The notes under the pieces were generated by a model, which saw only the letters and a program-made list of their open reading frames with translations, had not been told where the DNA came from and did no database searches. From the NCBI RefSeq assembly GCF_013177435.1, contig NZ_CP053627.1, positions 210,001-242,000 on the forward strand: a stretch of DNA of 32,000 nucleotides, given 5' to 3'. The position numbers and the translations under genes were made by a program. Origin of the DNA: Xylella taiwanensis (GTDB lineage Bacteria > Pseudomonadota > Gammaproteobacteria > Xanthomonadales > Xanthomonadaceae). This document shows, piece by piece, positions 19,071-29,357 of the stretch (within the stretch, counting starts at the first letter, position 1; each line of letters opens with the position of its first letter).

Positions 19071-19615
19071 TTCTGCTGTTCCAGCCATTCACGGACAATG
19101 AACAGTGCTGCCAGGGAACGGCCTTCGGAGAAATCTTCACGAAGCATCAACTCGTTTAACTTTGAAAGCTTCCAGGGAATGACCTCAAGCGCTTCTGGCT
19201 CGTCGCCGACCAGACGTTCGGTGTACAGATCACATGCCATCACCAACCAGGACTGGTGATTCATATACCCTGGGACAAGGGTGATGGCACGTAGTACGCG
19301 TAGATCCCGTGCACCATAACCTGCCTCTTCTTTCAATTCACGATCAGCGGCTTGTTCTGCGGTTTCACCGGCATCAATACGCCCTTTGACAAGACCAAGC
19401 TCATAACGGTGAACACCAGCAGCGTATTCACGCACCAGCAGGACAGTCTGCGGATCGAGCAGTGGCACCACCACCACCGCACCGTATCCGCGTGAAATGT
19501 GGCGTTGGTACAGGCGGCGCTGGCCGTTGGAAAATTCCAGGTCGAGTTGTTGCCGCCGAAATTGGCTATCGCCGATTTCCTCAATGCGATGGATCATCGG
19601 CAGGCGGCGGTTCAT
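19067..19615 (-). CDS. nudE: ADP compounds hydrolase NudE (Nudix)
   Basis: Nudix box GRIDAGETAEQAADRELKEEAGY. The sequence is collinear with E. coli NudE as remembered (LDLEFSNGxRRxYxR, REYAxGxxxYELGxxKGxID, GDEPE, ALFLVREWL). The start is ATG 19615 or 19597. The track extension to 19789 would overlap bioA and looks non-coding. Confidence 0.85.
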   Translation of the reverse strand: MNRRLPMIHRIEEIGDSQFRRQQLDLEFSNGQRRLYQRHISRGYGAVVVVPLLDPQTVLLVREYAAGVHRYELGLVKGRIDAGETAEQAADRELKEEAGYGARDLRVLRAITLVPGYMNHQSWLVMACDLYTERLVGDEPEALEVIPWKLSKLNELMLREDFSEGRSLAALFIVREWLEQQK

Positions 19616-19683
19616 GACAGACACACACCGGCAAGACCGGTCGATACAATAAGTGGATGCATCACGATGTTCATTAATTTCAA

Positions 19684-21108
19684 ATGCTAGCAGACCCATT
19701 CGATATTCAGCGGGTTGAACACTGGCGGCAACGCGATCTGCGCGTACTGTGGCATCCATGCACGCAAATGCGTGAGCATCCACACACACTGCCGTTAGTG
19801 CCCATCGTCCGTGGTGAAGGTGCGTGGTTGGTTGGCTACGATGGGCGCCGTTACCTGGATGCAGTCAGCAGTTGGTGGACAAATCTTTTCGGCCATGCTG
19901 AGTCCCGTATCAGTGCGGCGATCGCTGCACAGGCCGATACGCTGGAACAGGTGATGTTGGCTGGTTTCAGCCACGAACCGGCGGTGCGTCTGGCTGAAGC
20001 GTTGCTGCGGCTCGCACCACGCCAGAGTGGGCGCGAGCCGTTGTCCAAGGTGTTTTACGCTGACAATGGCTCGGCTGGAGTAGAAGTCGCGCTGAAAATG
20101 GCTTTCCATTACTTCCGCAATCGCGGGGAAGATCAACGCACGCGATTTATCGCGTTACATAACGGTTATCATGGAGAAACCATTGGTGCTCTTGCGGTGG
20201 GTGATATCCCGTTGTACCGGCGTGTTTATGCTCCATTGCTGGCCGATGTGTTGTTTGCGCCTTCGCCTGACGCCTATTTGGCGGAGCCCGGTCAGAGCGC
20301 CACAGAATATGCATTACAGGCAGCCACAGCGTTGGAAGCGTTGTTCAAGCGTTACCCTGGGCAAATTTGTGCGCTGATTCTGGAGCCGCGCCTGCAATGT
20401 GCCGGTGGCATGCGCATGCACGATCCGGTGTACCTGCATCGTGCGCGCCAACTTTGCGACGCACACGGTGCGCTCCTGATTGCCGATGAGATTGCGACCG
20501 GTTTCGGACGCACAGGCACACTATTCGCTTGCGAGCAAGCCTGCTCCGCCATCCCAACGGATACTGATAGCAGGGGCATCATGCCGGACTTGTTGTGCCT
20601 GTCTAAGGGCCTGACCGGTGGTTTCCTACCCCTGGCCGCAGTGCTGACAACGCAGCAACTCTACGAGGCATTTCTTGACGATAGCCGCGAACGCGCTTTT
20701 CTCCATTCACACAGCTACACGGGCAACCCGTTGGCTTGCGTTGCAGCGCTGACGACACTGGATATCTTCGAGAATGACCATATCATCGAACGCAATCACG
20801 CTACTGCAACACGTATGAAACAATTGGCTGCACCACTGTCCGAGCATCCGCACATTGCTGATGTGCGCCAGGCTGGTATGGTCGTGGCATTTGAAGTGAC
20901 CCGCGACGGCAACAAACGTACGCCATTCCCGGCACAGGCACGATTTGGCTTGCACGCTTACCGTGCTGCGCTGGCGCGTGGAGTGGTCCTGCGTCCGCTC
21001 GGCGATGTGGTGTATTGGATGCCCCCCTACTGCGTGGATGAGGAGCAACTGTATTTGCTTGCTGAGACCACCCGCGCTGCGATCGACGAAGCGACTGCAT
21101 GCGTTTGA
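19684..21108 (+). CDS. bioA: Adenosylmethionine-8-amino-7-oxononanoate aminotransferase
   Basis: 474 aa class-III aminotransferase. WHPCTQM, SSWWTNLFGH, LIADEIATGFGRTG and the PLP-lysine motif LCLSKGLTGG. Collinear with E. coli BioA apart from one insertion (see findings). Confidence 0.95.
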   Translation: MLADPFDIQRVEHWRQRDLRVLWHPCTQMREHPHTLPLVPIVRGEGAWLVGYDGRRYLDAVSSWWTNLFGHAESRISAAIAAQADTLEQVMLAGFSHEPAVRLAEALLRLAPRQSGREPLSKVFYADNGSAGVEVALKMAFHYFRNRGEDQRTRFIALHNGYHGETIGALAVGDIPLYRRVYAPLLADVLFAPSPDAYLAEPGQSATEYALQAATALEALFKRYPGQICALILEPRLQCAGGMRMHDPVYLHRARQLCDAHGALLIADEIATGFGRTGTLFACEQACSAIPTDTDSRGIMPDLLCLSKGLTGGFLPLAAVLTTQQLYEAFLDDSRERAFLHSHSYTGNPLACVAALTTLDIFENDHIIERNHATATRMKQLAAPLSEHPHIADVRQAGMVVAFEVTRDGNKRTPFPAQARFGLHAYRAALARGVVLRPLGDVVYWMPPYCVDEEQLYLLAETTRAAIDEATACV

Positions 21109-21833
21109 CCCGTTGTCATGTCAATTTGCCACTAGTTATTGGCAGCGAAATTCTGCTTCCAGAATTGGTTACCAACCACCTATTGCGTGTACTGCGTCTG
21201 TGCGAGGGTGATACCTGTGTGCTATTCAACGGTGACGGCCATGATTATTCAACGCGCCTCATTGTCAAGGGCAGGCGCGAGGCACGCGTACGAATCGAAG
21301 GCGTTGCTGAGGTGTGTAATGAATCGCCATTGGCGATCACCTTGGTCCAAGCAATCGCACGCGGCGAGAAGATGGATTTGATTCTTCAGAAGGCGACTGA
21401 ATTAGGCATCGCTGCAATCGTGCCGGTTGATACTGAACGGACGGGGGTGCGCCTGGATGGCGAACGCCTAGCCAAGCGGCTGGCACACTGGAGCAAAGTG
21501 GTCATCTCGGCTTGTGAGCAGTGTGGGCGCGCGCGCGTGCCAGCAGTACAGATGCCGCATGCATTGCAAGCGTTGAGGGAAACACTTCATCCGGACACGT
21601 TGCGTCTGATTCTCGACCCGCAAAGTGAACATCGATTGGCAACACTATCGAGGCTGACACCATCTGCCGTCACAATTGCGATTGGTCCCGAGGGCGGCTG
21701 GTCCCCCCGTGACCTGGAAATACTGAAAGATGCAGGTTTTATTGGTTTTGGCTTGGGACCGCGTATTTTGCGTACTGAAACTGCAGGATTAGCGGCAATC
21801 GCTGTGTTGCAAGCACAGCTTGGCGACCTGTAG
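21099..21833 (+). CDS. rsmE: 16S rRNA (uracil1498-N3)-methyltransferase RsmE
   Basis: 244 aa, with a PUA-like N-terminus and a SPOUT C-terminus. Motifs are LVQAIARGEKMDLILQKATELG, IGPEGGW and LGPRILRTETAG. The start overlaps the bioA end by 10 nt. Confidence 0.9.
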   Translation: MRLTRCHVNLPLVIGSEILLPELVTNHLLRVLRLCEGDTCVLFNGDGHDYSTRLIVKGRREARVRIEGVAEVCNESPLAITLVQAIARGEKMDLILQKATELGIAAIVPVDTERTGVRLDGERLAKRLAHWSKVVISACEQCGRARVPAVQMPHALQALRETLHPDTLRLILDPQSEHRLATLSRLTPSAVTIAIGPEGGWSPRDLEILKDAGFIGFGLGPRILRTETAGLAAIAVLQAQLGDL

Positions 21834-22774
21834 TGCTTATTCTGATTTCATGCCTCACACGGGCGTAGCATTCAGCCGCTATAGCCGACGTTGACTGATT
21901 GCAACAGCGTGTGGCTAACGCATCGTTTCCTGTTCGATAAGATGCGTGATGAGATTGTTAGCGGTTTGGGAACTCGCGATTTTCCGCAGAAGACTGCCAG
22001 TCAGCATATGGGCTATGAACCCCCTTGCACAGTCAGTGACACAGTGACATGAATAATCCGTATGCAATGCAGTCTTATTAGGAATTATCGATTTTCATAT
22101 TGCTCACTTTAATATTCTTTCTTTTCGAAGTCATGCCGAGTAGCCCTCTTATGATCGAAATGTTGGTCTGACGAGATGTATTCTATTTTTAATGCGGGGT
22201 ACTGGATAAATCCACATCATTTACTGAAGAATGACTGTTTGTATTCTCTTGGTGGAGTCAGAATGAGCATGATTTCCCCCCATTAGCATCTATTCTGGCC
22301 CATGGCTGTTATCACGTGCTGATGTTGAGGTATTTAGGTATGACGATCAGTCTGCGGAGCGAAGAAGATATAGGTGAGGGACCGTTGAAGAGGGTGCTTT
22401 GTGATTTCAGTCACAGATCTTTATCTTGCAGACAAAGTCACTGTGGCATCATGTTTTTTCATCGGTTAGCAGCAATTTTTCAACAAAATTCAGAGTGAGA
22501 CCCTGAGGGTAGATATTCAACGACGACAATCAATGTCATTGAGGGCTGGCAACTAGTGCTGTTGATTGTCGAAGTATAAGGTGCGACTGGATGTTATTTT
22601 CTATTAGATTAAAATTTTCTTAAATGAGTAATGTGAAATCACTACAGTAAAGCATGATAGGTAGATGACAACTTGTGCATCTGTGAAATGCTTGCTCTAT
22701 ATGTGAAGAGGTTGATGAGGGGATCGAATTCAGTTTTGCAGTGAAGATTCAATATCTCCAAGCAGTATTAAGAA

Positions 22775-23349
22775 GTGTCCGGGATTAATGTGCTGCGTAC
22801 CATGTTTATTGGATGTCATAATGAGTCAGTGGCGACACTGATGTGGCGCAGTGTCTGGTAGCGGTGATGGAAGTCCCGATAGGTCCTGACCAACTTGGTG
22901 ATGGTGGTGCACGCCAGCATGCCGTCAAGGGCTCAAAAATACCTGAGCGCAAGCGCCTGATAGCTCCCAAAGTGGCTTCAGTACCAGATTGACTCTGGTG
23001 TTGGACGCTTTTATCAAGCTGTTGCGGTTCATCATTAACTGCAGGATAAGCAGAGGAGATTCGGTATGCACAGGATCGTATTGACTATCTACCTGCTAAA
23101 GCTGCCATTACCGACAAGCGGACCAGTATTGCCTGTGTATGAGTGATTCGATTCAACAGTCCCAAGGGTATCATTGTGCTGGATTCTAATTGCAAGTCGA
23201 AACGTGCTTCAGTTGAGGCGTAACATGAAATGCGCAATGGGTTGGAGCACTTGTTCAACCATATCGAGCATTTTCATCGACTCTTCATGTGTGGCGACAA
23301 GCGTGCTAGCCGCAGTCTCTTATTCGTTTCACTTGTTTTGTACGTTTGA
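22775..23349 (+). mobile_element. IS5-family (DDE_Tnp_1) transposase remnant, heavily degraded
   Basis: My own translation finds transposase-like segments in three different frames. Frame A from 22895: LVMVVHASMPSRAQK (cf. IDSTIVRAHQHAAGAKK). Frame B from 22974: GFSTRLTLVLDAFIKLLRFIINCRISRGDS (cf. GGxSTKIHxxVDAxGxPxRFxLTxGQxxD). Frame C 23101-23349: AAITDKRTSIACV*VIRFNSPKGIIVLDSNCKSKRASVEA*HEMRNGLEHLFNHIEHFHRLFMCGDKRASRSLLFVSLVLYV* (cf. IADKAYDS...IPxKSNRK...YKxRNxIERFFNxLKxFRRIATRYDKxAxxFLAFVxLA). That is at least 2 frameshifts and 2 in-frame stops. The left boundary is uncertain, and I identified no terminal inverted repeats. Confidence 0.65.
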
Positions 23350-24042
23350 ACCATGCGTGAAAATCCAAACACAACTTGAAACATGCATCTATTTCGGTGG
23401 TCGCCAGCCCGAGGTTGCTGTTAACACCAATGACATTTGTTGGATGAGCCGAACGTTTTTTTAAATCTTGAGAGAAGTGCTTTTAGAATTTTTCACTCTG
23501 TTCTTGAACGTGGCATTGCCACACCAGAAATGAGTCGGTTTATTTTCAAGATCCAGTGATGGATCTTGAGATACTCGGCGGCATTTAATCACTGACTCTG
23601 AATTTTGAACGATTTAGTCTACTTCAAGATTAACTGGACATCGCCAATTCAATCAGTTAGCACATTATCTGGAGCTTGAAATCGTCGGTGTAAGGACGCC
23701 AAGGGATGATGTGGCATGAATACATTCAGGTTTGATGAACATATCGCTTCGTGGCGGCTGTCCCAGCCTGGCAAGTTCATATCACCACGATAGCAACGAC
23801 TCCTGTAGACTATGTCTGCTTGCATAGCAACCGTCTTTTTTCCTGCAGGATGCCGGCCGCTGGACTCTTTTGCGCGCCGCCCCTTGTCCGATTCTTTATC
23901 GCCTTGCATGCCGATCGTACGCGTTGGTGCTGCGTTCGTCCTTTTAATTTTTCTCGCAGCGCGGTTCACGGGAACGCTCCGAGCTACCACTGTACGATGC
24001 GTCGGCTCTGGTCGGTGCAAGTGCTTTTCAGGAGAGTTCTAA

Positions 24043-25383
24043 ATGAACTTCGAAACTTTGGGATTGTTGCCTTCCTTACTGCGTGCCCTTAGCGAGCAGG
24101 GTTACCAATTTCCGACTCCAATCCAGCAGCAGGCGATTCCGCTAGCGTTAGCTGGTCACGACCTGCTTGCCGCTGCGCAAACAGGGACTGGTAAGACGGC
24201 TGCGTTTGGCTTACCTGTATTGCAACGCCTGATGATAGCTTCATCCAACGTTGGTAACGGTAAGCCGCGTGCCTTGGTGCTGACACCGACACGTGAATTG
24301 GCTACTCAGGTCCATGAGAGCCTACGTGGTTACGCCAAGTATCAACGTGTACTAAGTACGGTGATTTATGGTGGAGTGGGGATGGGGCATCAGTTGGATG
24401 CACTGCGCCGCGGCGTGGATTTGTTGATTGCCTGCCCGGGCCGGTTGATTGATCATATTGAACGTCGCAGTGTGGACTTGTCAGATGTCGAGATCTTGGT
24501 GCTGGATGAGGCTGATCGTATGCTTGACATGGGTTTCCTCCCTTCAATTAAACGTATTCTGGGCAAACTCCCGCGGCAGAATCGCCAAACTCTGCTGTTC
24601 TCGGCGACCTTTGCTGAGCCGATTAAACAGTTGGCGCTAGAGTTCATGCACCGCCCACGTGAGGTGATGGTAGCGCCGCATAACACCATCGCCGAGACCA
24701 TTACTCATCGTGTGCATCCGATCGAGGTGAGCCGCAAGCGTGAATTGTTGTTGCATCTGTTAGCTCAAGACAGCAGAGTGCAGACCCTGGTGTTTGTGCG
24801 GACAAAACATGGCAGTGACAAGCTTACTGCGTTCCTGGAAAAATACGGGATCAAGACAGCGGCGATCCACGGTAATAAGACTCAGGGGCAACGTCTGCGT
24901 GCATTAAACGGTTTCAAAGCAGGGCGGGTTACCGTGCTGGTGGCCACTGACATTGCTGCGCGCGGCATTGATATCGAACAATTGCCAAAGGTTATCAATT
25001 ACGATTTGCCCATGGTCGCCGAGGATTATGTACATCGCATTGGCCGTACCGGACGCAATGGTGTGCAGGGCGAGGCCATTTCATTAGTCACTCAGGAAGA
25101 CGCTAAATTGCTCCGTCAGATCGTGCGTTTGCTCAATCGTGATATGGACATCCGGGATGTACCTGGTTTTGAGCCTCAAGTCCCAATCCGTTGGGGCAAC
25201 AATGCTCCCGGAAAAATCAAGCAGCCTGGTGGACAACCACCACCGCGTAAGAGTCAACATACCCGGCGTGCGCTCGGCAAAGCATCTGTGCAGACGTATA
25301 CCTTACCGAAACAATCGGTTGGACAACGTAGCAACGGGTCCCGTAACCGTGATGGAATGCGCCCAGCTCATCAACGTGGCTGA
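24043..25383 (+). CDS. rhlE: ATP-dependent DEAD-box RNA helicase, RhlE-like
   Basis: 446 aa. Q-motif (F..PTPIQ), motif I AQTGTGKT, motif [13 protein letters not shown] and HRIGRTGR, with a basic Gly/Arg/Pro-rich C-terminal tail. AGGAGA SD lies 7 nt upstream. Confidence 0.9.
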   Translation: MNFETLGLLPSLLRALSEQGYQFPTPIQQQAIPLALAGHDLLAAAQTGTGKTAAFGLPVLQRLMIASSNVGNGKPRALVLTPTRELATQVHESLRGYAKYQRVLSTVIYGGVGMGHQLDALRRGVDLLIACPGRLIDHIERRSVDLSDVEILVLDEADRMLDMGFLPSIKRILGKLPRQNRQTLLFSATFAEPIKQLALEFMHRPREVMVAPHNTIAETITHRVHPIEVSRKRELLLHLLAQDSRVQTLVFVRTKHGSDKLTAFLEKYGIKTAAIHGNKTQGQRLRALNGFKAGRVTVLVATDIAARGIDIEQLPKVINYDLPMVAEDYVHRIGRTGRNGVQGEAISLVTQEDAKLLRQIVRLLNRDMDIRDVPGFEPQVPIRWGNNAPGKIKQPGGQPPPRKSQHTRRALGKASVQTYTLPKQSVGQRSNGSRNRDGMRPAHQRG

Positions 25384-25406
25384 CCTTTGCCCACATATCG
25401 GTGATC

Positions 25407-25445
25407 AGAGCACAGTGTCACTGTGCTCTTACTGCGTTTTTGTTG
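25407..25445 (+). terminator. Candidate terminator between rhlE and queD
   Basis: Perfect 9-bp stem agagcacag/ctgtgctct (25407-15 / 25421-29) with a 5-nt loop. The T-run (25437-41) starts 7 nt after the stem, which is looser than a canonical intrinsic terminator. Confidence 0.4.
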
Positions 25446-25457
25446 CACGACAACACG

Positions 25458-25811
25458 ATGGATATCTTTAAGGTCTTCATCATCGAAGCAGCCCATTGCC
25501 TGCCTCACGTGCCGGCTGGTCACAAGTGTGCTCGTTTGCATGGGCATTCTTTTCGGATCGAGGTACATGTCAGTGGTACATTGGATCCTGATACTGGGTG
25601 GATCATGGATTTCAGCGATTTAAAGCATGCTTTCCAGCCGATTTACGATCAACTGGACCACCATTACCTCAACGAAATTGAAGGGTTGGAAAACCCAACC
25701 AGTGAACGGTTGGCGATGTGGATATGGGACCGACTCAAACCGGTGCTGCCGGCATTGAGCGAGATTGTGGTGCATGAAACCTGCACCTCAGGATGCCGCT
25801 ACCGTGGCTGA
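25458..25811 (+). CDS. queD: 6-carboxy-5,6,7,8-tetrahydropterin synthase QueD
   Basis: Track ORF 25401..25811, trimmed to ATG 25458 ([38 protein letters not shown]...). 117 aa. Nearly collinear with E. coli QueD as remembered ([31 protein letters not shown], ETCTxGC). Confidence 0.95.
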   Translation: MDIFKVFIIEAAHCLPHVPAGHKCARLHGHSFRIEVHVSGTLDPDTGWIMDFSDLKHAFQPIYDQLDHHYLNEIEGLENPTSERLAMWIWDRLKPVLPALSEIVVHETCTSGCRYRG

Positions 25812-27787
25812 TCAACGTGCTGGTAGACATTGCGGCAGGAATGGTGAATCTCTGTGTCTACGTTGTATCAGATACTAAGGCTCCGAAAATCGCATCACTG
25901 TAATGTAAAACTTGCAAATATTTGTAGATGATCGATATTTCTGGAATGTTTTCTTGGAATAAGATCATGATGCTGAAAAGGAATAAGTGTGATCTCATAT
26001 TCCGTTGATAATGTGTTTTTGATGAGTTTTATGTTGATGATTGTTACTTCTGACCAGATATGTTCCAAGTGGTACTGCATCTTGGATGTGGCGCAAGCCA
26101 AATGATCGGCAGCATCGAGAAATCTTTAGCGATTTGATCGTGCTACCCAATGCACGTTGCTTCCAGTCTACTTGGAGCGTTGATGTCACAACAGGATATT
26201 TTGAGGGTTACTATTATTTGAAATTCTCATTCATTCTCGAACGGATAGATTGTCAAAAATATTTGTTTGGTTACATTCCTGGGTTGCTTTATTAAGATTG
26301 ATATGATCGAAATCTATGTCACAGCATCAAGAAAAATTATTCTGAAGTGACATCAATCGAATATCTATACTGCTAGTCACATCGAACCGATGACTAAAGT
26401 GTGTTATTAACTTTGAATGAGTCTGAGATGACTGGTACGGATGACATCCGATTGATGTTGTCAGGTTCGCATGTTCAATAAAATATTGGGTTCCATCTCA
26501 TCCTGAGATCAGTGGGTGCTGCAGGGCAAGCGAGTATAGGTTAAGGATGATGTTGAAGGCGTGATGTTGGATAGGATGCTGTTCCGATATTTAGGCAGCT
26601 GAGATGCGATTTATCAGTAGACAATGTTGATTGAATATCATCTGCTTCAAATCGATGGCCAAGAATGTCCTGTCCATCATCTGTGCTGTTCCTGGAAAGT
26701 CAGTCTAGTCGGTGATCCTTGATTAACCGCACGTTGTAATCTACCTCTGGATGCGATGTCTGCGTTAGTCATGTTGGTGCACACGTTCATGAAAGGTGAC
26801 AATGTACGTATACCGGTGGCTACATTGATTCCATGTTGAGTTTTGCAGGTTACGCTGTCTAACAGCGCTCATAAATGTGTCTGGGTCTATTCCTGAGTGC
26901 AGTGTTCATCGCGGTTCTAACAGTGAATTTGATTTCTGTGGGGTATGGGCGCGGGCAGTGCAGGAATAAAGATGTGGCTATAGTTCATCAAGCGTGCAGA
27001 ATCTAAAAATGGTTTCGTGTTGTTGTGATGCCGCTATGGGGAAGTGACTGTAGCTTTGGATGGCCCGTGGTAACGGACGATGGTTCTCTTTGTTTAACTA
27101 TCCAATACGTAGCAATGCTGTTGCGCTGTTCATAACATGTTCTAAGCGTGATAGCACGAATGCATATTCAACAGCATTCTTTATATTTTTCTCAAAAGTA
27201 TTAGTGAGAACCTGTTGAATTTGTTGTTGTCCGGATACAAGGGGGCGATGTTGGACGCGATAACCTTTTGTTCGTTAGACGCGTTGCTTGTCTAGGTACC
27301 TTGATACAGTGATATGGTAGAGGAAAACGTGAAAGCCATGACTTGAGTAGTGCAGATTAGGTACTGACGTCGGTGCCACCGTCGATGTGTCGAATCGTCT
27401 CAGGTGCTTTCACTGCTCTTCGGGGCAAGGTTCATGATATTGACGATGTTTGGATCCTGCTGCCGGGAGGGCCGGCAATATTTCGTGGTTGTCAATCGAG
27501 GTTACGATGCAGGTAAGTGTGTAGCAGGATTATTGCAACACACGTACCTGTAGGCTGTGATTCCCTTCAATTCACCCTGCAAGTGGATACTTTTTGTTGG
27601 CGTGTTTGCTAAATCCGGTCAAGGTGTTTGCTGGCACTTGGTAAAAATTTTATTGAAGTCCTTGGTGATTATCCAAGGTTGAGCACATACTGACCCAGCA
27701 TCCCAGCCTTACGTTGGTATCATCGGTGCTGGGAGATACTTTGCGTAATCTGTGTGCTCTGATTAGGACTGCTGGTAAGTTTTACGA

Positions 27788-28312
27788 TCATTTTCTGTGG
27801 TCTTGTTTCGGTGTATTGGCGATTTGGTCAAAGTCTTGCAGTAGATCATCCATTAACGGTGCCATCTTTTTCTGGATTGCGACCATCAGGTTTTGCATCA
27901 GTGCTGGGGTTTTGTCGAGCAGGGTTTGGCCTGCTGGGCTCTCGTAGAATTCAGCCATTGCAATCACGTCTTCCCGGCTGAAGCTGCGCTTGTACAAGTC
28001 CGTGTAAAGCGGCTGCAGTTCTGACCATGACAGGGTTTTGCGGATTGCCTGTTTGGTACGTTCATGGATTTGCGCCAGCTTAGCTTTTTGCGCCGTGTTT
28101 AAAGTGTGCCCTGCTGCGATCTGGTCAAATTGTTTTTGCTGCATTGCCTCGATCTGAGGCAGCATAGAATCAAGTACACTCTGTGCGCGTGAAGCTGATA
28201 ATAGGCGGTTTACGTCGGCGTCACTGGGTGGTGCGGCCGTGGCCAGAGGCATCGCCATGGACATGGCGATGAATAGGGTAAAGCAGCGGAGGCGGTGGAA
28301 GGTGGGCATCAT
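27788..28312 (-). CDS. DUF2059 domain-containing secreted protein
   Basis: 174 aa. Signal peptide (MMPTFHRLRCFTLFIAMSMAMPLATAAPP) and a helical body with the DUF2059-type FYESPAGQTLLDKTP motif. AGGAG SD upstream. Confidence 0.8.
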   Translation of the reverse strand: MMPTFHRLRCFTLFIAMSMAMPLATAAPPSDADVNRLLSASRAQSVLDSMLPQIEAMQQKQFDQIAAGHTLNTAQKAKLAQIHERTKQAIRKTLSWSELQPLYTDLYKRSFSREDVIAMAEFYESPAGQTLLDKTPALMQNLMVAIQKKMAPLMDDLLQDFDQIANTPKQDHRK

Positions 28313-28694
28313 GATGTATCTCCTGATAGGTAATCCTTGCTCATCATACGGGATTGCGATACGCGTGGTCGTTGCTTTACCGATACAATGACCGCATGTG
28401 GCACGCGCGCTCTGCTGATCTGATTCACTAAGATGACTCCTGCCTAGGGAATTGCCGAGATGTTTTTATGCCTTCTTACGTTGGAATAACCGGCTCTTGA
28501 TTGGGGAAAGTGGATTCATCATTGATGCTCAGTGTTTCCGTCCTCAGAAGCATCGCAGCGAGGATGCTCGTATGCATTTAGCCCATATTATCAATGCTGT
28601 TTGGGTGGCATCCAAGCGTTATATTGCTATACGATCCATCCGTAATGTGTGGTTGCGTCACATCAATATCGATGTGTGAGTGTAGCGAACGCAA

Positions 28695-29357
28695 GTGCAT
28701 GTATCCCTCGTTTCATTGGGAGTCGCAGTGACCCAGACCGAACCGATGTTTCCTCCTGTGCCTCAGATCGATACTTTGCAAAACCCATTCCCAGAGAATA
28801 TGCCGCGTATGCACGGCCCTTTAGTTCGTTGGTTGGGTCGTACTGCGCTTAAATTGAGTGGCTGGCGTCTAATTGGGGTTGTGCCCAATCAGAGCAAGAT
28901 GGTCATCATCGTGGCTCCGCATTCGTCATACTGGGATGGTTTTTTGGGTTTCGCCTCTAAATTTGCAATTGGTAGCGAAATACGCTTCCTTTCCAAGGCT
29001 AGCTTGTTTTGGTGGCCTCTAGGCCCGCTGCTGCGCTGGATTGGTTGCATTCCCCTGGATCGTAGGTTCCCTCAGGGGACTGTGAGTCAGGCAGTACGTG
29101 CCTTTCGTGACTCTGAACGGATGTGGTACTTGCTGACTCCGGAGGGCACGCGGAAGCGGGTGGAACGGTGGAAGCCCGGTTTCTGGAAGATCGCCAAGCA
29201 TGCCGGTGTGCCTATTATTCCGGTGTATCTGGATTATCCTAGCAAGACCATCGGTATTGGTGAGCTTTTTTGGCCAGGCGATGATATGGATAACGACATT
29301 GCTGCAATCCGTGCTTGGTACAAGCCTTGGCGTGGGAAGCATTTTGAAAGGCTTTGA
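28695..29357 (+). CDS. Lysophospholipid (PlsC-type) acyltransferase family protein
   Basis: HX4D motif (APHSSYWDG) and the PEGTR motif (LTPEGTRKR). The start is uncertain among GTG 28695 (track), GTG 28728 (GGGAG 5 nt upstream) and ATG 28746. Confidence 0.8.
   Translation: MHVSLVSLGVAVTQTEPMFPPVPQIDTLQNPFPENMPRMHGPLVRWLGRTALKLSGWRLIGVVPNQSKMVIIVAPHSSYWDGFLGFASKFAIGSEIRFLSKASLFWWPLGPLLRWIGCIPLDRRFPQGTVSQAVRAFRDSERMWYLLTPEGTRKRVERWKPGFWKIAKHAGVPIIPVYLDYPSKTIGIGELFWPGDDMDNDIAAIRAWYKPWRGKHFERL

Noticed and set aside
19616-19683. Looked for a BirA-type bio operator in the bioA-nudE divergent spacer
   Set aside because: Only a short 5-bp inverted repeat is present (accgg-caaga-ccggt). Nothing resembles the long imperfect palindrome of the E. 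coli bioO.
23649-24020. 123-aa minus-strand ORF and two + strand ORFs (23751..24092, 23812..24042) just upstream of rhlE
   Set aside because: The three ORFs overlap one another in a GC-richer stretch. Their products are Arg/Ala/Pro-rich low complexity, and I see no ribosome-binding site. This is more likely the rhlE promoter and long 5' leader.
25384-25457. Possible preQ1 riboswitch ahead of queD
   Set aside because: The only structure in the 74-nt spacer is the hairpin I assign as the rhlE terminator. I see no preQ1 aptamer-like motif.
26454-26569. Recurrent + strand heptamer GATGTTG (seen at 1396, 17230, 19953, 22321, 26454, 26549, 26563, 27247, 29825, versus one reverse-complement copy at 5227) as a possible polar signal
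   Set aside because: My count was not exhaustive. Given the G/T-rich composition of the non-coding blocks, several copies are expected by chance, so the bias is explained by the general strand skew.
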